Source of the DNA: Octopus sinensis
Lineage: Eukaryota
Direction of reading: 5' to 3'
Assembly: GCF_006345805.1 (NCBI RefSeq)
Contig: NC_043016.1
Span: 10,168,001-10,232,000 of the forward strand
Length of the DNA stretch: 64,000 nucleotides
Positions 12,983 to 27,232 of this stretch are shown here, one piece after another (the first letter of the stretch is position 1; the number at the start of each line of letters is the position of its first letter). Below the pieces are notes generated by a model. It was not told the DNA's origin and searched no databases. It saw only the letters and a list, made by a program, of their open reading frames with translations. The translations under genes and the position numbers were made by a program.

Positions 12983-13433
12983 CCATTACCTATTTTTTGT
13001 CTTCAGTCACATTGTTTACATAGATGTATTCATATATAAAACATTGTAACTTTCAGTACTGGCTCTAATTTCTGGTGCATTTATCATAGTCTCAATCTGG
13101 TTAATCCTTGTGAAAGATTTGAGGAGCCAAGAGATTGTACGAGATCCCATTGAATAGATTGTACATGTAATTCAAAATGTCTGGAGGTGCAGTCTTGCCA
13201 CACACACACATCTTTATGTATCTATATCTACACACACACACCCATACACACACACACACACACACACACAACACACATATCTATATTACAATAAGGTGAT
13301 TAAAAGTGATTTTAATCACTTAATTTAAATTGTATGGATAATTACCATACTAAATTCTGGTGCCTCAACTTAAGTACCATATTCATCTGAATATACATAT
13401 CTATCTATCTCTCTCTATATATATATATGTCTA

Positions 13434-13524
<91 letters not shown>

Positions 13525-14299
13525 ATATATATATGTATGTATGTATGTATCTATATATTGACTCCCATGAATTCATCTTGTGGAAGTGTGTGGCTTAGTG
13601 GTTAGGGTGTTGGACTCATGATCATAAGATTGTGGTTTCGATTCCAGGACCAGGCAATGAATTATGTTCTTAAGCAAAATGCTTTCATTCCACTTTGTTC
13701 CGGTCCACTCACCTTGCAAAAATGTGTAATCATGTGATGTTTTAGCATCCTATCATCATCATCATCGTCATCGTTTAATGTCTGTTTTCCTTGCAAGCAC
13801 AGGTTGGACAGTTTGACCGGGATCTGGGAAGCCAGGGGCTGCACCAGGCTCCAGTCTTGTCTGGCAGTGTTTCTACAGCTGGATGCCCTTCCTAATGCCA
13901 ACCACTCCGCGAGTGTAGTGGGTGCTTTTTACGTGCCACCGGCACAGGTGGCAGGGAAGTCTGGCATCGGCCACGATTGGTTGGTGCTTTTAACGTGCCA
14001 CTGGCACGGAAGCCAGTCAAGGTGGCGCTGGCATCGGCCACGTTCGGATGGTGCTTTTTATGTGCCACCGGCACAGAAGCCAGGGTGAAGAATTTGTACG
14101 CCATGGAAACCATCCCTTATGAGTGGCCATAATTCTTTTATTTATGAATTCATGAGTAACTGGATAGATCTATTTATGAGTCATGAAAGAATGGGCTTAG
14201 AAAAAGTGTTTTAAAAATAATAATCCTGAACAAGAATTTGTTCCTGTCAGAACATTCCATATGGCTGTCAAAATAATAGTAAATAAAACAAATCGCTGA

Positions 14300-14690
14300 A
14301 ATATTTAGCACACATGCTTGAAATGTGTCTTCCATTTTACTCCCACATGATCTGTTATCTCCAGTTACATCATGGCTGGTACACCAAAGAAAAAAACCTC
14401 TTGGTGGTTCAATGATATCAACTCTTCAAGAGTGGAAGATATTGTTACCGATATCCTTACCTGCTTTCACTTTGGCAGTGTCAATGTTGAAGGAGGATTG
14501 AAGATATGGAAAAGAAACACACAACACACTCAACACTACCAGGAGAAGCTAGAAAAATGGTAGCCAAGTAGAATAATAATTGGTATTTTCAACTCAGCAT
14601 TCACGTGTCACGTCTGTGATTGAAGCTGCAGGATTGGGAACGCAAAACATCAAAAGCATCCACGATTGAAGATGATGGTCGTCATATAAT
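14300..14690 (+). mobile_element. Highly degenerate RTE-type LINE 3' end
   Basis: FTCHVCD*SCRIG..KHQK resembles the RTE C-terminal C2H2 finger, and the frame has multiple stops. Confidence 0.45.
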
Positions 14691-15509
14691 ACATTGGATG
14701 ACCACAAGCATACAATAAAAATACATGTACATATATCTGTGTGTGTATGTATACGTATGTTCTAGGCGTGTGTTTGTGAGTGCGTGTGCTTCAGGATTTA
14801 TGTGTGTGCATGTCTGTACGTCTGTAAATGTGTGTGTGCGTTTGTTTATACAACTTACAATATAATTTGAAAACTGTGTCTCAGAATCAATAAACATGAT
14901 AAGGGATAAAAAAAAAAAAATTGTGAATCAGCTTAGCTTAGGGATATTTTTTTTTTGCTTTTTTTCTTTTTTTTTTTGTCTTTTTTTTTCTTTTCTTAAT
15001 CTACTTAAATATGATTGGCTGTTTCTAAACTTTGAATTATTGATTGCTTAACCAAGCTGTACAACACAGCTTGGTAACTGCAGTAATTTACATTCATGGA
15101 ACATTACATGTTAAGTGTGGGATGTTTAATTATTGTGATTCTCTCTTGAAGCATGTTTCAGTTTGCTTTTGGAAAAATTATATAAATATATATTTTTTTT
15201 TCATAAATGTTATTGTAAAACATATAATATATACAACAAGAATATTTCTGTCTCCCACTCACTTCCTTCAGATTTCTCTCTTTCTCTCCCTCTCTCTCTC
15301 TCTCTCTCTCTCATGTATATACACATTCAAACACTTCCACAAACATACATACATTGCAAGTATATGCGCGTGTGTGTGTGTGTGTGGTGTGTGTGTGTGG
15401 GTGGTGTGTGCGTGTGTGTGTGTGTGTGCGTGTGTGTGTGTGTATGTATATTTATAAGAATATATGTGTATGGAAAGTATGCTGGGCATCAGAAGTTTCA
15501 TATTTATAA

Positions 15510-16135
15510 CATCATCATCATCATCATCAGCTGCAAAAGCACAATGACCATCATTATCATCATCATCATCATCATCATCATCATATCATCATCACAATCA
15601 CCATCATCACCTCATCATCAACATAGTCCTTACAATCATCAGTATCATCATAATCACGCCACCACCATTGCCACTGCCCCCACCGCCCTCGCTGCCGCCA
15701 CCACCGCCACCACACCACCACCATCACCACCACCACCACCACCATCACCACCACCACCATCACCACAATCATCACCATCACCACCACCACCACCACCACC
15801 ACCACACCACCATCACCACCACCACCATCACCACAATCACCACCACCACCACCATCAAACCACCACCACCACCACCATCACCACCACCACCACCACCTCA
15901 CCACCACCACCACAATCACCACCACCACCACACCACCACCACCAACATCAATGCCACCACCACCACCACCACCACCACCGCCATCACTGCCCCCACCGCA
16001 CACCACCACCACCATCACCACCGTCCCACCACTGCCACCACCACCACCACCACCACCCCGCCACCACCTCCACCACCACCACCACCGCCACCACCACCAC
16101 CGCCACCACCACCACCATCACCACCACCACACCAT
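15510..16135. repeat. Compound (CAT)n/(CAC)n microsatellite field
   Basis: Direct reading. Confidence 0.95.
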
Positions 16136-16344
16136 CAATCGTCAGTGACAACCACCTTTGCATGTTTACGTGTGTAGGTTGGAATTTATTGAAACAGATT
16201 TTCCTCGGCTGGAATTGCCATTGGTATCACCAGTTCCTAACTGTTTCCCAGCAAGGTAACATTTCCCCATGGCCAGACATGTTCTCGCAGCAGAGTATTA
16301 TTGGTGATAGTGGTGGTGGTGGTGGTGGGGTGGGTTAACGAATG

Positions 16345-19300
16345 GTACGCTTGAATAACCGAGGTCGACTTGCCTTTCATCCTTTCGGGGTCAATTAAAT
16401 AAGTCCCAGTTACGCACTGGGTTTGATATAATCCACTTATCCGGTGTCTGTCCTTGTTTGTCCCCCTCTGTTTTAGCCCCTTGTGGGTAGTAAAAGAATA
16501 GGTACTGCTTGAATAACCGAGGTCGACTTTGCCTTTCATCCTTTCGGGGTCAATTAAATAAGTCCCAGTTACGCACTGGGTTTGATATAATCCACTAATC
16601 CGTGTGTCTGTGTGTCTCTTGTTTGTCCCCCTCTGTGTTTAGCCCCTGTGGGGTAGTTTAAAAGAAATAGGTACTGCTTGAATAACCGAGGTCGACTTTG
16701 CCTTTCATCCTTTCGGGGTCAATTAAATAAGTCCCAGTTACGCACTGGGTTGATATAATCCACTTAATCCGTGTGTCTGTCCTTGTTGTCCCCCTCTGTG
16801 TTTAGCCCTTGTGGGTAGTAAAAAAGAAAAGGTACTGCTTGAATAACCGAGGTCGACTTTGCCTTTCATCCTTTCGGGGTCAATTAAATAAGTCCCAGTT
16901 ACGCACTGGGTTTGATATAATCCACTTAATCCGGGTCTGTCCTTGTTTGTCCCCCCTGTGTTTAGCCCCTTGTGGGTAGTAAAAGAAATAGGTACTGCTT
17001 GAATAACCGAGGTCGACTTTGCCTTTCATCTTTCGGGGTCAATTAAATAAAGTCCCCAGTTACGCACTGGGTTTGATATAATCCACTTAATCCGGTGTGT
17101 CTGTCCTTGTTTGTCCCTCTCTGTGTTTAGCCCCTTGTGGGTAGTAAAGTAAAAAGAAATAGGTACTGTTGAATAACCGAGGTCGACTTTGCCTTTCATC
17201 CTTTCGGGGTCAATTAAATAAGTCCCAGTACGCACTGGGTTTGATATAATCCACTTAATCCGTGTGTCTGTCCTTGTTTGTCCCCCTCTGTGTTTAGCCC
17301 CTTGTGGGTAGTAAAAGAAATAGGTACTGCTTGAATAACCGAGGTCGACTTTGCCTTTCATCCTTTCGGGGTCATTAAATAAGTCCCAGTTACGCACTGG
17401 GTTTGATATAATCCACTTAATCCGTGTGTCGTCCTTGTTTGTCCCCCTCGGTTTAGCCCCTTGTGGGTAGTAAAGAAATAGGTATGCTTGAATAACCGAG
17501 GTCGACTTTGCCTTTCATCCTTTCGGGGTCAATTAAATAAGTCCCAGTTACGCACTGGGTTTGATATAATCCACTTAATCCGTGTGTCTGTCCTTGTTTG
17601 TCCCCCTCTGTGTTTAGCCCCTTGTGGGTAGTAAAAGAAATAGGTACTGCTTGAATAACCGAGGTCGACTTTGCCTTTCATCCTTTCGGGGTCAATTAAA
17701 TAAGTCCCAGTTACGCACTGGGTTTGATATAATCCACTTAATCCGTGTGTCTGTCTTTGTTTGTCCCCTCTGTGTTTAGCCCCTTGTGGGTAGTAAAAGA
17801 AATAGGTACTGCTTGAATAACCGAGGTCGACTTTGCCTTTCATCCTTTCGGGGTCAATTAAATAAGTCCCAGTTACGCACTGGGTTTGATATAATCCACT
17901 TAATCCGTGTGTCTGTCCTTGTTTGTCCCCCTCTGTGTTAGCCCCTTGTGGGTAGTAAAAGAAATAGGTACGCTTGAATAACCGAGGTCGACTTTGCCTT
18001 TCATCCTTTCGGGGTCAATTAAATAAGTCCCAGTTACGCACTGGGTTTGATATAATCCACTTAATCCGTGTGTCTGTCCTTGTTTGTCCCCCTCTGTGTT
18101 TAGCCCCTTGTGGGTAGTAAAAGAAATAGGTACTGCTTGAATAACCGAGGTCGACTTTGCCTTTCATCCTTTCGGGGTCAATTAAATAAGTCCCAGTTAC
18201 GCACTGGGTTTGATATAATCCACTTAATCCGTGTGTCTGTCCTTGTTTGTCCCCCTCTGTGTTTAGCCCCTTGTGGGTAGTAAAAGAAATAGGTACTGCT
18301 TGAATAACCGAGGTCGACTTTGCCTTTCATCCTTTCGGGGGTCAATAAATAAGTCCCAGTTACGCACTGGGTTTGATATAATCCACTTAATCCGTGTGTC
18401 TGTCCTTGTTTGTCCCCCTCTGTGTTTAGCCCCTTGTGGGTAGTAAAGAAATAGGTACTGCTTGAATAACCGAGGTCGACTTGCCTTTCATCCTTTCGGG
18501 GTCAATTAATAAGTCCCAGTTACGCACTGGGTTTGATATAATCCACTTAATCCGTGTGTCTGTCCTTGTTTGTCCCCCTCTGTGTTTAGCCCCTTGTGGT
18601 AGTAAAAGAAATAGGTACTGCTTGAATAACCGAGGTCGACTTTGCCTTTCATCCTTTCGGGGTCAATTAAATAAGTCCCAGTACGCACTGGGTTTGATAT
18701 AATCCACTTAATCCGTGTGTCTGTCCTTGTTGTCCCCCTCTGTGTTTAGCCCCTTGTGGGTAGTAAAAGAAATAGGTACTGCTTGAATAACCGAGGTCGA
18801 CTTTGCCTTTCATCCTTTCGGGGTCAATTAAATAAGTCCCAGTTACGCACTGGGTTTGATATAATCCACTTAATCCGTGTGTCTGTCCTGTTTGTCCCCC
18901 TCTGTGTTTAGCCCCTTGTGGGTAGTAAAAGAAATAGGTACTGCTTGAATAACCGAGGTCGACTTTGCCTTTCATCCTTTCGGGGTCAATTAAATAAGTC
19001 CCAGTTACGCACTGGGTTTGATATAATCCACTTAATCCGTGTGTCTGTCTTTGTTTGTCCCCTCTGTGTTTAGCCCCTTGTGGGTAGTAAAGAAATAGGT
19101 ACTGCTTGAATAACCGAGGTCGACTTTGCCTTCATCCTTTCGGGGTCAATTAAATAAGTCCCAGTTACGCACTGGGTTTGATATAATCCACTTAATCCGT
19201 GTGTCTGTCCTTGTTTGTCCCCCTCTGTGTTTAGCCCCTTGTGGGTAGTAAAGAAATAGGTACTGCTTGAATAACCGAGGTCGACTTTGCCTTTCATCCT

Positions 19301-19437
19301 TTCGGGGTCAATTAAATAAGTCCCAGTTACGCACTGGGTTTGATATAATCCACTTAATCCGTGTGTCTGTCTTTGTTTGTCCCCTCTGTGTTTAGCCCCT
19401 TGTGGGTAGTAAAAGAAATAGGTACTGCTTGAATAAC
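16345..19437 (+). repeat. Tandem array of about 19 copies of a 161-163-bp unit derived from the 3' half of the family-D SINE
   Basis: Unit gaggtcgactttgcctttcatcctttcgggg...gaaataggtactgcttgaataacc. Starts at 17821, 17982 and 18145 give the period. Confidence 0.95.
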
Positions 19438-19727
19438 AGTGACAGTCATTTTCAACAATCACACAAAAGTCAAGACAAAAAAAAAAGGTAACAAACTCAC
19501 ACATGCACTCATGTCTTTCGGTTCCTGCTGTCCACCAAATCCACTCACGGGGCTTTGGTTTGTCCGTCGTGAGGCTAGAGTAGAAAACACTTGCCCCAAG
19601 CGGGACTGAACCTGGATCCATGTGGTTCAAAAGCAAGCTTCTTAACCACGTGATCATGTCTACCCCTTGAGTCACACACACACATTTGTGTGTGTGTGTG
19701 TGTGTGTTGAATGACTGCAACAAACAC

Positions 19728-19728
19728 A

Positions 19729-19760
<32 letters not shown>

Positions 19761-19789
19761 GACTACTACCACCACCACCACCACCACCA

Positions 19790-19823
<34 letters not shown>

Positions 19824-19827
19824 GATG

Positions 19828-19883
<56 letters not shown>

Positions 19884-19912
19884 CACCACCACCACCACCA
19901 CCACCACTACTG
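19728..19912. repeat. (ACT)n/(ACC)n microsatellite
   Basis: Direct reading. Similar fields at 20197-20530, 25385-25560, 51560-52255 and 53385-53740. Confidence 0.95.
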
Positions 19913-20401
19913 AAATGATCCATCTCAGCAACATGACCCAAATGACCCACTGCAATATGGTTCTTGATCACATTCTTTACTGGATTCTTGCTAGCATCTT
20001 CTCAGAATACCTGTTGCGTCTGCCAGTGGAGCAAGTTTAAGAAGCTTTTAAGCCATTCCTTCTTATCCTGCTAATCCGACAATCCCACTGTGCACCTAAA
20101 GTTCCATTCCAGTAAAATGTCATTCATTGATATTAGCATTATTTCCTTTCTTCGTTAGCGGTCACTGTCAGCAGCAGCGGCAGCAGCAGCACTAACCTAC
20201 ACCACCACCACCACCACCACCACCATCATTCTTGTCGTTCTCTTCCTTGTCCTCCTCCTCCTCCTCCTCATCATCATTACCACCACCATCGTAATATCAA
20301 ACACTAGCACCACCACTACCACCACCACCACCACCACCATCATCATCATCCTCATCATCACCATCATTATCATTACCACCACAATCGTCATAACCACCAC
20401 C

Positions 20402-20433
<32 letters not shown>

Positions 20434-21693
20434 TACCACCACCAACACCACCACCACTACCACTATGGCTATCGCCACTGCTAACTTTGTTGCTGCTGCT
20501 GCTGCTTGTTGCTGATACTACCCCTGCTACCACCACCATAACTGTTGACGTTTCCAGAAATGATGGTATCCTACGTACACAAATACTTATGTGTATATAT
20601 ATATATATATATAATATATATATATATATGTGTGTGTGGAGGCGCAATGGCCCAGTGGTTAGGGCAGCGGACTCGCGGTCGTAGGATCGCGGTTTTGATT
20701 CCCAGACCGGGCGTTGTGAGAGTTTATTGAGCGAAAACACCTAAAAAGCTCCACGAGGCTCCGGCAGGGGATGGTGATCCCTGCTGTACTCTTTCACCAC
20801 TCTTTCTCTCACTCTTTCTTCTGTTGGCCTGCTCGCTTAGCCAGCGGGGTGGCGTCATTCGAAGGCTAAAAAACAATGCGAACGCATTGTGACCAGCGAT
20901 GTGTAACTACATCTGATGGACTGGTCGGTCACGTGATCACGTGATATATATATATATCATCATCATCGTTTAACGTCCGTTCTCCATGCTGGCATGGGTT
21001 GGACGGTTCGACCGGGGATCTGGGAAGCCAGAAGGCTGCACCAGGCTCCAGTCTTATCTGGCAATGTTTCTACAGCTGGATGCCCTTCCTAAAGCCAACC
21101 ACTCCGTGAGTGTAGTGGGTGCTTTTTACGTGCCACCTGCACAGGTGCCAGGCGAGGCTGGCAACGGCCACAGTTGGATTGGTGTATTTTACGTGCCACT
21201 GGCACGGAAGCCAGTCGGGGCGGCGCTGGCTTCGGCCACGATTCGGATAGTGCTTGTTACGTACCACCAGACCAGGGGTCCTGGCTGGTTCAATTCAATT
21301 TCGATTTCGATTTCGGTTTCGCTTGATGTAACATTGATTATAGTTTTCATATTAATTTTATTTTCAAATACTTCACTCAATGAAGAAGGAATTTGTTTCA
21401 AATTGTATTTCTTTTTCCATATTTTCATTGTTTCATTCCTTCACTGGAAAATGTAAAAAAAAAAACAACAACAAAAAATCAATTATTGAAAAATAAAAAA
21501 AAAAGTTATTAATAATATATTTAATTCCAACGATTGTAAGTGTTAGTGCCAAAACAAATTGGATTGCTATTTTTATAGAATACCAATTAATCACCGTTAC
21601 TCAATATGAAGACACATACGATTCATAGACTCTCAAGTCACAGAACTCAGAAAATAAATGTTTAATTAACAGATAAATACCAAACAAATAAAA

Positions 21694-21897
21694 TCTAATT
21701 AACTCTTTGCTTACCATTTTGATGTTGAACTACACCCTCTTTATTTCAATTAATTTTGGAAACAATAAAGAATTTACTATACTAAAATATCTTGGCCATT
21801 GACTAAGATGGTAAATGGAGCATATATTAGCACTGTGTTTTATTGGGAAATTTTGAGCAGAATTGGTCTTTGGCAAGTTGGTATCAAAAGCATCAAC
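21694..21897. mobile_element. Degenerate MITE (ttaa-c...tttg / ggtatcaaaag ends)
   Basis: Imperfect terminal inverted repeats resembling the TTAA-CCCTTT family. Confidence 0.35.
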
Positions 21898-22217
21898 CCT
21901 TTGATATTCAGATTATTTTGTCAAATGGAATACTTATTCCTTCACATTATTTTGAATTAATCATGGATTATCTTGTATCTTTGAGGTTTTGATGATGTGA
22001 TTGTTTAGTTGTAGAAAAGACATTGCCTGGTAGACCAGAACTGGCCAGATTTGGCCAGTTAGAACTTAAAACAGAATATTTAGAATATGGCCTGTTTAAA
22101 TGATAAAGGATCAACTCTTTAATATTCAGATTATCCAGTCAAATGTAATCCTTATTTCTTCACATTGTTTTGAAATAATTACACATTATCTCATAGCTTT
22201 GAGATTTTGATGATGTC

Positions 22218-22602
22218 TTTTACTCTTTTACTTGTTTCAGTCATTTGACTGCGGCCATACTGGAGCACCGCCTTTAATCGAGCAACTCGACCCCGGGACT
22301 TATTCTTTTGTAAGCCCAGTACTTATTCTATTGGTCTCTTTTGCCGAACCGCTAAGTAATGGGGACGTAAACACACCAGCATCGGTTGTCAAGCAATGCT
22401 AAGGGGACAAACACAGACACACAAACATACACGCACACACACATATACATACATATATACGACGGGCTTCTTTCAGTTTCCGGCATTGGTCGGCCCGGGG
22501 CTATAGCAGAAGACACTTGCCCAAGGTGCCACGCAGTGGGACTGAACCCGGTACCATGTGGTTGGTTAGCAAGCTACTTACCACACAGCCACTCCTGCGC
22601 CT
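22218..22602 (-). mobile_element. Family-A SINE inserted in a MITE
   Basis: MITE sequence resumes on both sides. Confidence 0.85.
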
Positions 22603-22761
22603 ATGTGATTGTTTATTTGTAGAATGATATTGTAGGGTAGGTGTGAAAGGCCTGATCTGGCTGGCTTGAACATAAAACACGTAAAATATTTAGGCCAGGC
22701 CAGTTTAACTTTTTAGCATTCACAGATTATTCCGTCAAATGTCATCCATATTTATTCACAA

Positions 22762-23155
22762 CTAGCAGTATCGCCCGGCGTTGCTCGGGTTTGTAAGGGA
22801 AATAACTATATAAGCATTTTTAGAGAGTATAGCCAAAAATAGCAAAAAAATGCATTAAAAAGGAAAAAAAATTATGGTAAATTTTTTTTTAAATCGTTGA
22901 CTCATCGTAGACATTTTAGAGAGTTACTTCCCTTATATAATAGCGAAAAAATGCATTAAAATGGAAAAAAATTATGGTAAATTATTTTTAAAATTGTAGA
23001 CTCATCATTGACATGCGCTAATACCCAGAAGGACTCGATATGAATCACGACTATAAGATACCCGGTTTTGGTTAAACTGCACCGCAAAATGTGGGAGTAG
23101 TTAGGAATCTAAATCGTAGGAGACAGACACACAACTTCACTTTTATATATAAAGA
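22762..23155 (-). mobile_element. Non-autonomous Helitron
   Basis: Minus strand A|TC start and CTAG|T end, with subterminal hairpin CCCGAGCAACGCCGGG. A second copy lies at 58606-59005. Confidence 0.8.
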
Positions 23156-23976
23156 TGTTTTCAATTAATCATGTATTATTTCGTAGCTTTGAGATTTTGA
23201 TGATGATGTGATATTTTAGTTCTAGAAAGACATTACTTGGTAGGCCAGGACTGACCAGATTTGGCCAGTTTGAATATAAAACAGAATATTTAGGATATGG
23301 CCAGTTTAAATGTTAAAGGGCCAACCCTATTAATATTCAGATTATCCAGTCAAATGTAATCCTTATTTATTCACATCGTTTTCAATTAATCATGGTATCT
23401 TAGAGCTTTGAGTTCAGCATGTGAACTCAAGATGGTAGCCTCTGTTTATTTACTTGACCTTCTAGAATTAGCAATCAAATCTCTCTTAAATCATATCTAC
23501 CATCTTTGTGAAGGGCGCATTGAATATGGGTAACCTTCACTAAGAAAAAAGATGTGATGTTTTGGTCATGTGTCTGGTTAATCAGGGTTGACCCAGGAGG
23601 GCTAAATGACATCAGTGACAAAAACCTATTTATTTTTTTAGTTGCTTGGTGTTGTTCTCTTTTTTTCATCATTCTTCTTTCTTTAGTCTTTAATCTTTCT
23701 TCATTCATCAAACCAAACCAATCAAGTAATCTAATCTGTCATAAGTAAATCCTGCAAGTTGCTGCAAGACGAAAAAATTCAGAGATCTCTGGAATATTTG
23801 CAGAAGTGGTAGAGCGTCAGACAAAATACTTTGTGGCGTATTTAGTGATAGTTCGTTTGACTTTTGAATTCAGTTTCCACCAAGGTGGGTCTGAGATGCT
23901 TTGGTTCAACCGTTTTGGTGCCACTTGTTTGGCATTTCAATGTTTCTTGCTCTCTCTCTTTTTCTATCTCTCTCCC

Positions 23977-24020
<44 letters not shown>

Positions 24021-24369
24021 CATCATCATCATCATCATCATCGTTTAACGTCCGTTCTCCATGCTAGCATGGGTTGGATGGTTCGACCGGGATCTGGGAA
24101 GCCAGAAGGCTGCACCAGGCTCCGCTCTTATCTGGCAATGTTTCTACAGCTGGATGCCCTTCCTAACGCCAACCACTCTGTGAGTGTAGTGGGTGCTTTT
24201 TACGTGCCACCTGCACAGGTGCCAGGCGAGGCTGGCAATGGCCACGGTCGGATTGGTGCATTTTACGTGCCACCTGCACGGAAGCCAGTCGAGGCGGCAC
24301 TGGCTTCGGCCACGATTCGGATGGTGCTTTTACATGCCACCAACACGTATGCACACACATACACATTAT

Positions 24370-24880
24370 CTTTTACTTGTTTCAGTCATTAGACTGTGGT
24401 CATGCTGGAGCAGCACCTTGAAGAATTTTAGTCAAAAAATTGAACTCTGTACTTACCTGTTTTTAAGCTTGGTACTTATTCTATCAGTCTCTTTTGCCAA
24501 ACTGCAATGTTATGTGGATGTAAACACACTGACAATAGTTGTCGAATGGTGGCAGGGGACAAACACAGACACAAAGACACACACACACACAGATACACAC
24601 ACAACACACACACACGCATGCACATACATACACATGCACACACACATACATACATACATACATACATACATACATACATACATACATACATACACACATA
24701 CACATGCACATTATAATGGGCTTCTTTTAGTTTCTGTCAACAAAATCCACTCACAAGTGTTTAGGCCAGCCTGAGGCTACAGTAGAAGACACTTGCCCAA
24801 GGTGCCACGCAGTGAGACTGAACCCAGAATCACATGGTTGGGAAGCAAGCTTCTTACCACACAGCCACACCTGCACCTAT
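24370..24880 (-). mobile_element. Family-A SINE, older copy
   Basis: Colinear, with a long (TACA)n centre. Confidence 0.8.
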
Positions 24881-25385
24881 GCTTGTGAGTTATAATCGCA
24901 AGGAAGACAACCAAATTAAGAATACCTATTTCTTTACTACCCACAAGGGGCTAAACACAGAGGGGACAAACAAGGACAGACATAGGTATTAAGTCGATTA
25001 CATCGACCCCAGTGCGTAACTGGTACTTAATTTATCGACCCTGAAAGGATGAAAGGCAAAGTCGACCTCGGCAGAATTTGAACTCACAACGTAACGCAGA
25101 CAAAATACCACTTAGCATTTCGCCCGGCACGCTAACGTTTCTGCCAGCTCCACAGTAGAGGAGGTGTGTTAGATGAGGCAATTTGACGCCTTCCACCTGA
25201 AAATGTTTTCTTTTAGATTTTGGCAAGAAATAAAATAAACTAAATAAATGTATACATAAATAAATCAATAGATAAACAGAAGGAAATAAAAACCAAATTG
25301 TTTCTTTTCCTCTATGATGTTATTGGAACTAAATTAACAGATGTTATTGATAGGAGTCTGGCAGTCTTTCATGCAATAGTAATAA

Positions 25386-25424
<39 letters not shown>

Positions 25425-25435
25425 TGTCGTCACTG

Positions 25436-25479
<44 letters not shown>

Positions 25480-26564
25480 AGCATCATCATCGTCGTCATC
25501 ATCGTCATCATCATCATTATCATCATCAGCATCATCATCATTGTCTTCATCATTGGCACAGCTGCAGCAAAAACAATGGTGGTTTCTAATTTAAGTTCAA
25601 AGTTGTAAATTTTGGCAGGCTGGCTCTTGTTTGGTTGGATCGATCCGAGTATTTGACTCATACTTAATTTTATTGACTCTTGCTTTATTTCATTATTTCA
25701 TCTATTATTTAACATCATCATCATCATCATCATTTAGCGTCTGCTTTCCATGCTAGCATGGGCTGCATCAGGCCCAGTCTGATCTGGCAGTGTTTCTACG
25801 GCTGGATGCCCTTCCTAACGCCAACCACTCCGTGAGTGTAGTGGGTGCTTTTTACATGCCACCGGCACAGGTGCCAGACGAGGCTGGCAAACGGCCACGC
25901 TCAGACGGTGCTTTTTACGTGCCACCAGCACAGGGGCCAGGCGAGGCTGGCAACGGCCACGAACGGATGGTGCTTTTTACGTGCCACCGGCACATGTAAA
26001 TAATAAATAAATGCTCCCTTTTAAAGCCTAGCCAGGCTCATGGGCCCGGTTTCTCGGTTTCAATGGTGTATGTGTTCCCCAGCTGGATGGGACGCCAGTC
26101 CATCGTAGCGTTACTCATTTTTGCCAGCTGAGTGGACTGGAGCAACGTGAAATGAAGTGTTTTGCTCAAGTACACAACGCGTCGCCCGGTCCGGGAATCG
26201 AAACCCACAATCTTACGATCATGATGCTGACACCCTAACCACTAAGCCACGCGCCTCCACTATTTAACTTGTGCAGCATGTTTAATAACAGATGGAACAC
26301 ACTATCCAAACCTCTTACCAGCGACTGTTGCCCAGAGTTGCTTTACCTGATTCACGCAAAGGCAATTATATTATTTAATTAAATAACATCAACGCCACCT
26401 ATATAACATTCCAAATTGTTAATCATTAGATTATTAGATTACTTCCTACTGCTGGCTTTCTTAGATATCCGATCTGGTATCTCTTCTAACTTGGTGCTAG
26501 GAGTAGTTTATAGTATAACTCCCTTTTCCTTTGAACTCCTTAAAGTTAAGCAGTACACTATTAT

Positions 26565-27205
26565 TACTACCAAAAAAACTGCGTGTACTCCGTCCCATGT
26601 GATAGGCATTACAAAGGCGAAACATGCTGTCCCCTCAAAATAAGGGTAGAGGAACATTGCAAAGCTGTGACATGGGGAGATATTGATAAATTGGGTATAG
26701 CTGATCATGTATGGAAAAATGGAAACCACCTTCCCCTGTGGGATGAAGTTAAAATAATAGACAGAGAATACATCATCATCATCATCATCGTTTAACGTCC
26801 GTTCTCCATGATAGCATGGGTTGGATGGTTCGACCGGGGATCTGGGAAGCCAGGAGGCTGCACCAGGCAGTGTTTCTACAGCTGGATGCCCTTCCTAACG
26901 CCAACCACTCCGTGAGTGTAGTGGGTGCTTTTTACGTGCCACCTGCACTGGAGCCAGGCGAGGCTGGCATCGGCCATGGTCAGATTGGTGCATTTTACGT
27001 GCCACCTGCACGGAAACCAGTCGAGGCGGCACTGGCTTCGGCCACGATTCGGATGGTGCTTTTTATGTGCCACCGACACGGACAATATGGAAACTAAAAG
27101 AAGCAGCACATATGCTAGGGAACAACACCCTCCTAAGCATTCCGAGTACAGATATGAACAGCATATAGGAACCAGTATTAAGGAAAGACAGGAGAATATT
27201 AGTTT
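26565..27205 (+). mobile_element. Penelope GIY-YIG endonuclease C-terminal fragment, split by a SINE at 26770-27080
   Basis: NCVYSVPCDRHYKGETCCPLKIRVEEHCKAV...IADHVWK...WDEVKIIDRE resumes after the SINE as KLKEAAHMLG...MNSI*EPVLRK. Confidence 0.85.
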
Positions 27206-27232
27206 CATAAACTCTAAAATTCACTTCATTAT

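Larger units (their letters stand above)
21893..23420. mobile_element. Head-to-tail cluster of about 3.5 copies of a ~215-bp piggyBac-like MITE with nested SINE and Helitron
   Basis: Recurrent accctttgatattcagattat...tttaaatg(a/t)taaagg units at about 21893, 22110, 22700 and 23320. Same family as 48319-48890. Confidence 0.65.

Noticed and set aside
14461-14548. Minus-strand exon-like segment (ag...gtaagg) encoding LLLVVLSVLCVSFPYLQSSFNIDTAKVKA, resembling an integrin-alpha signal peptide plus FNID
   Set aside because: No start codon or partner exons were found, and the + strand of the same region is better explained as a decayed RTE 3' end.
15044-16338. Long poly-His/Pro/Thr ORFs (also 31491-32551, 35071-35857, 39975-40617, 50161-50723, 51500-52326, 53238-54015)
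   Set aside because: These are translations of tri- and tetranucleotide microsatellites, open in several frames, with no splice or homology support.
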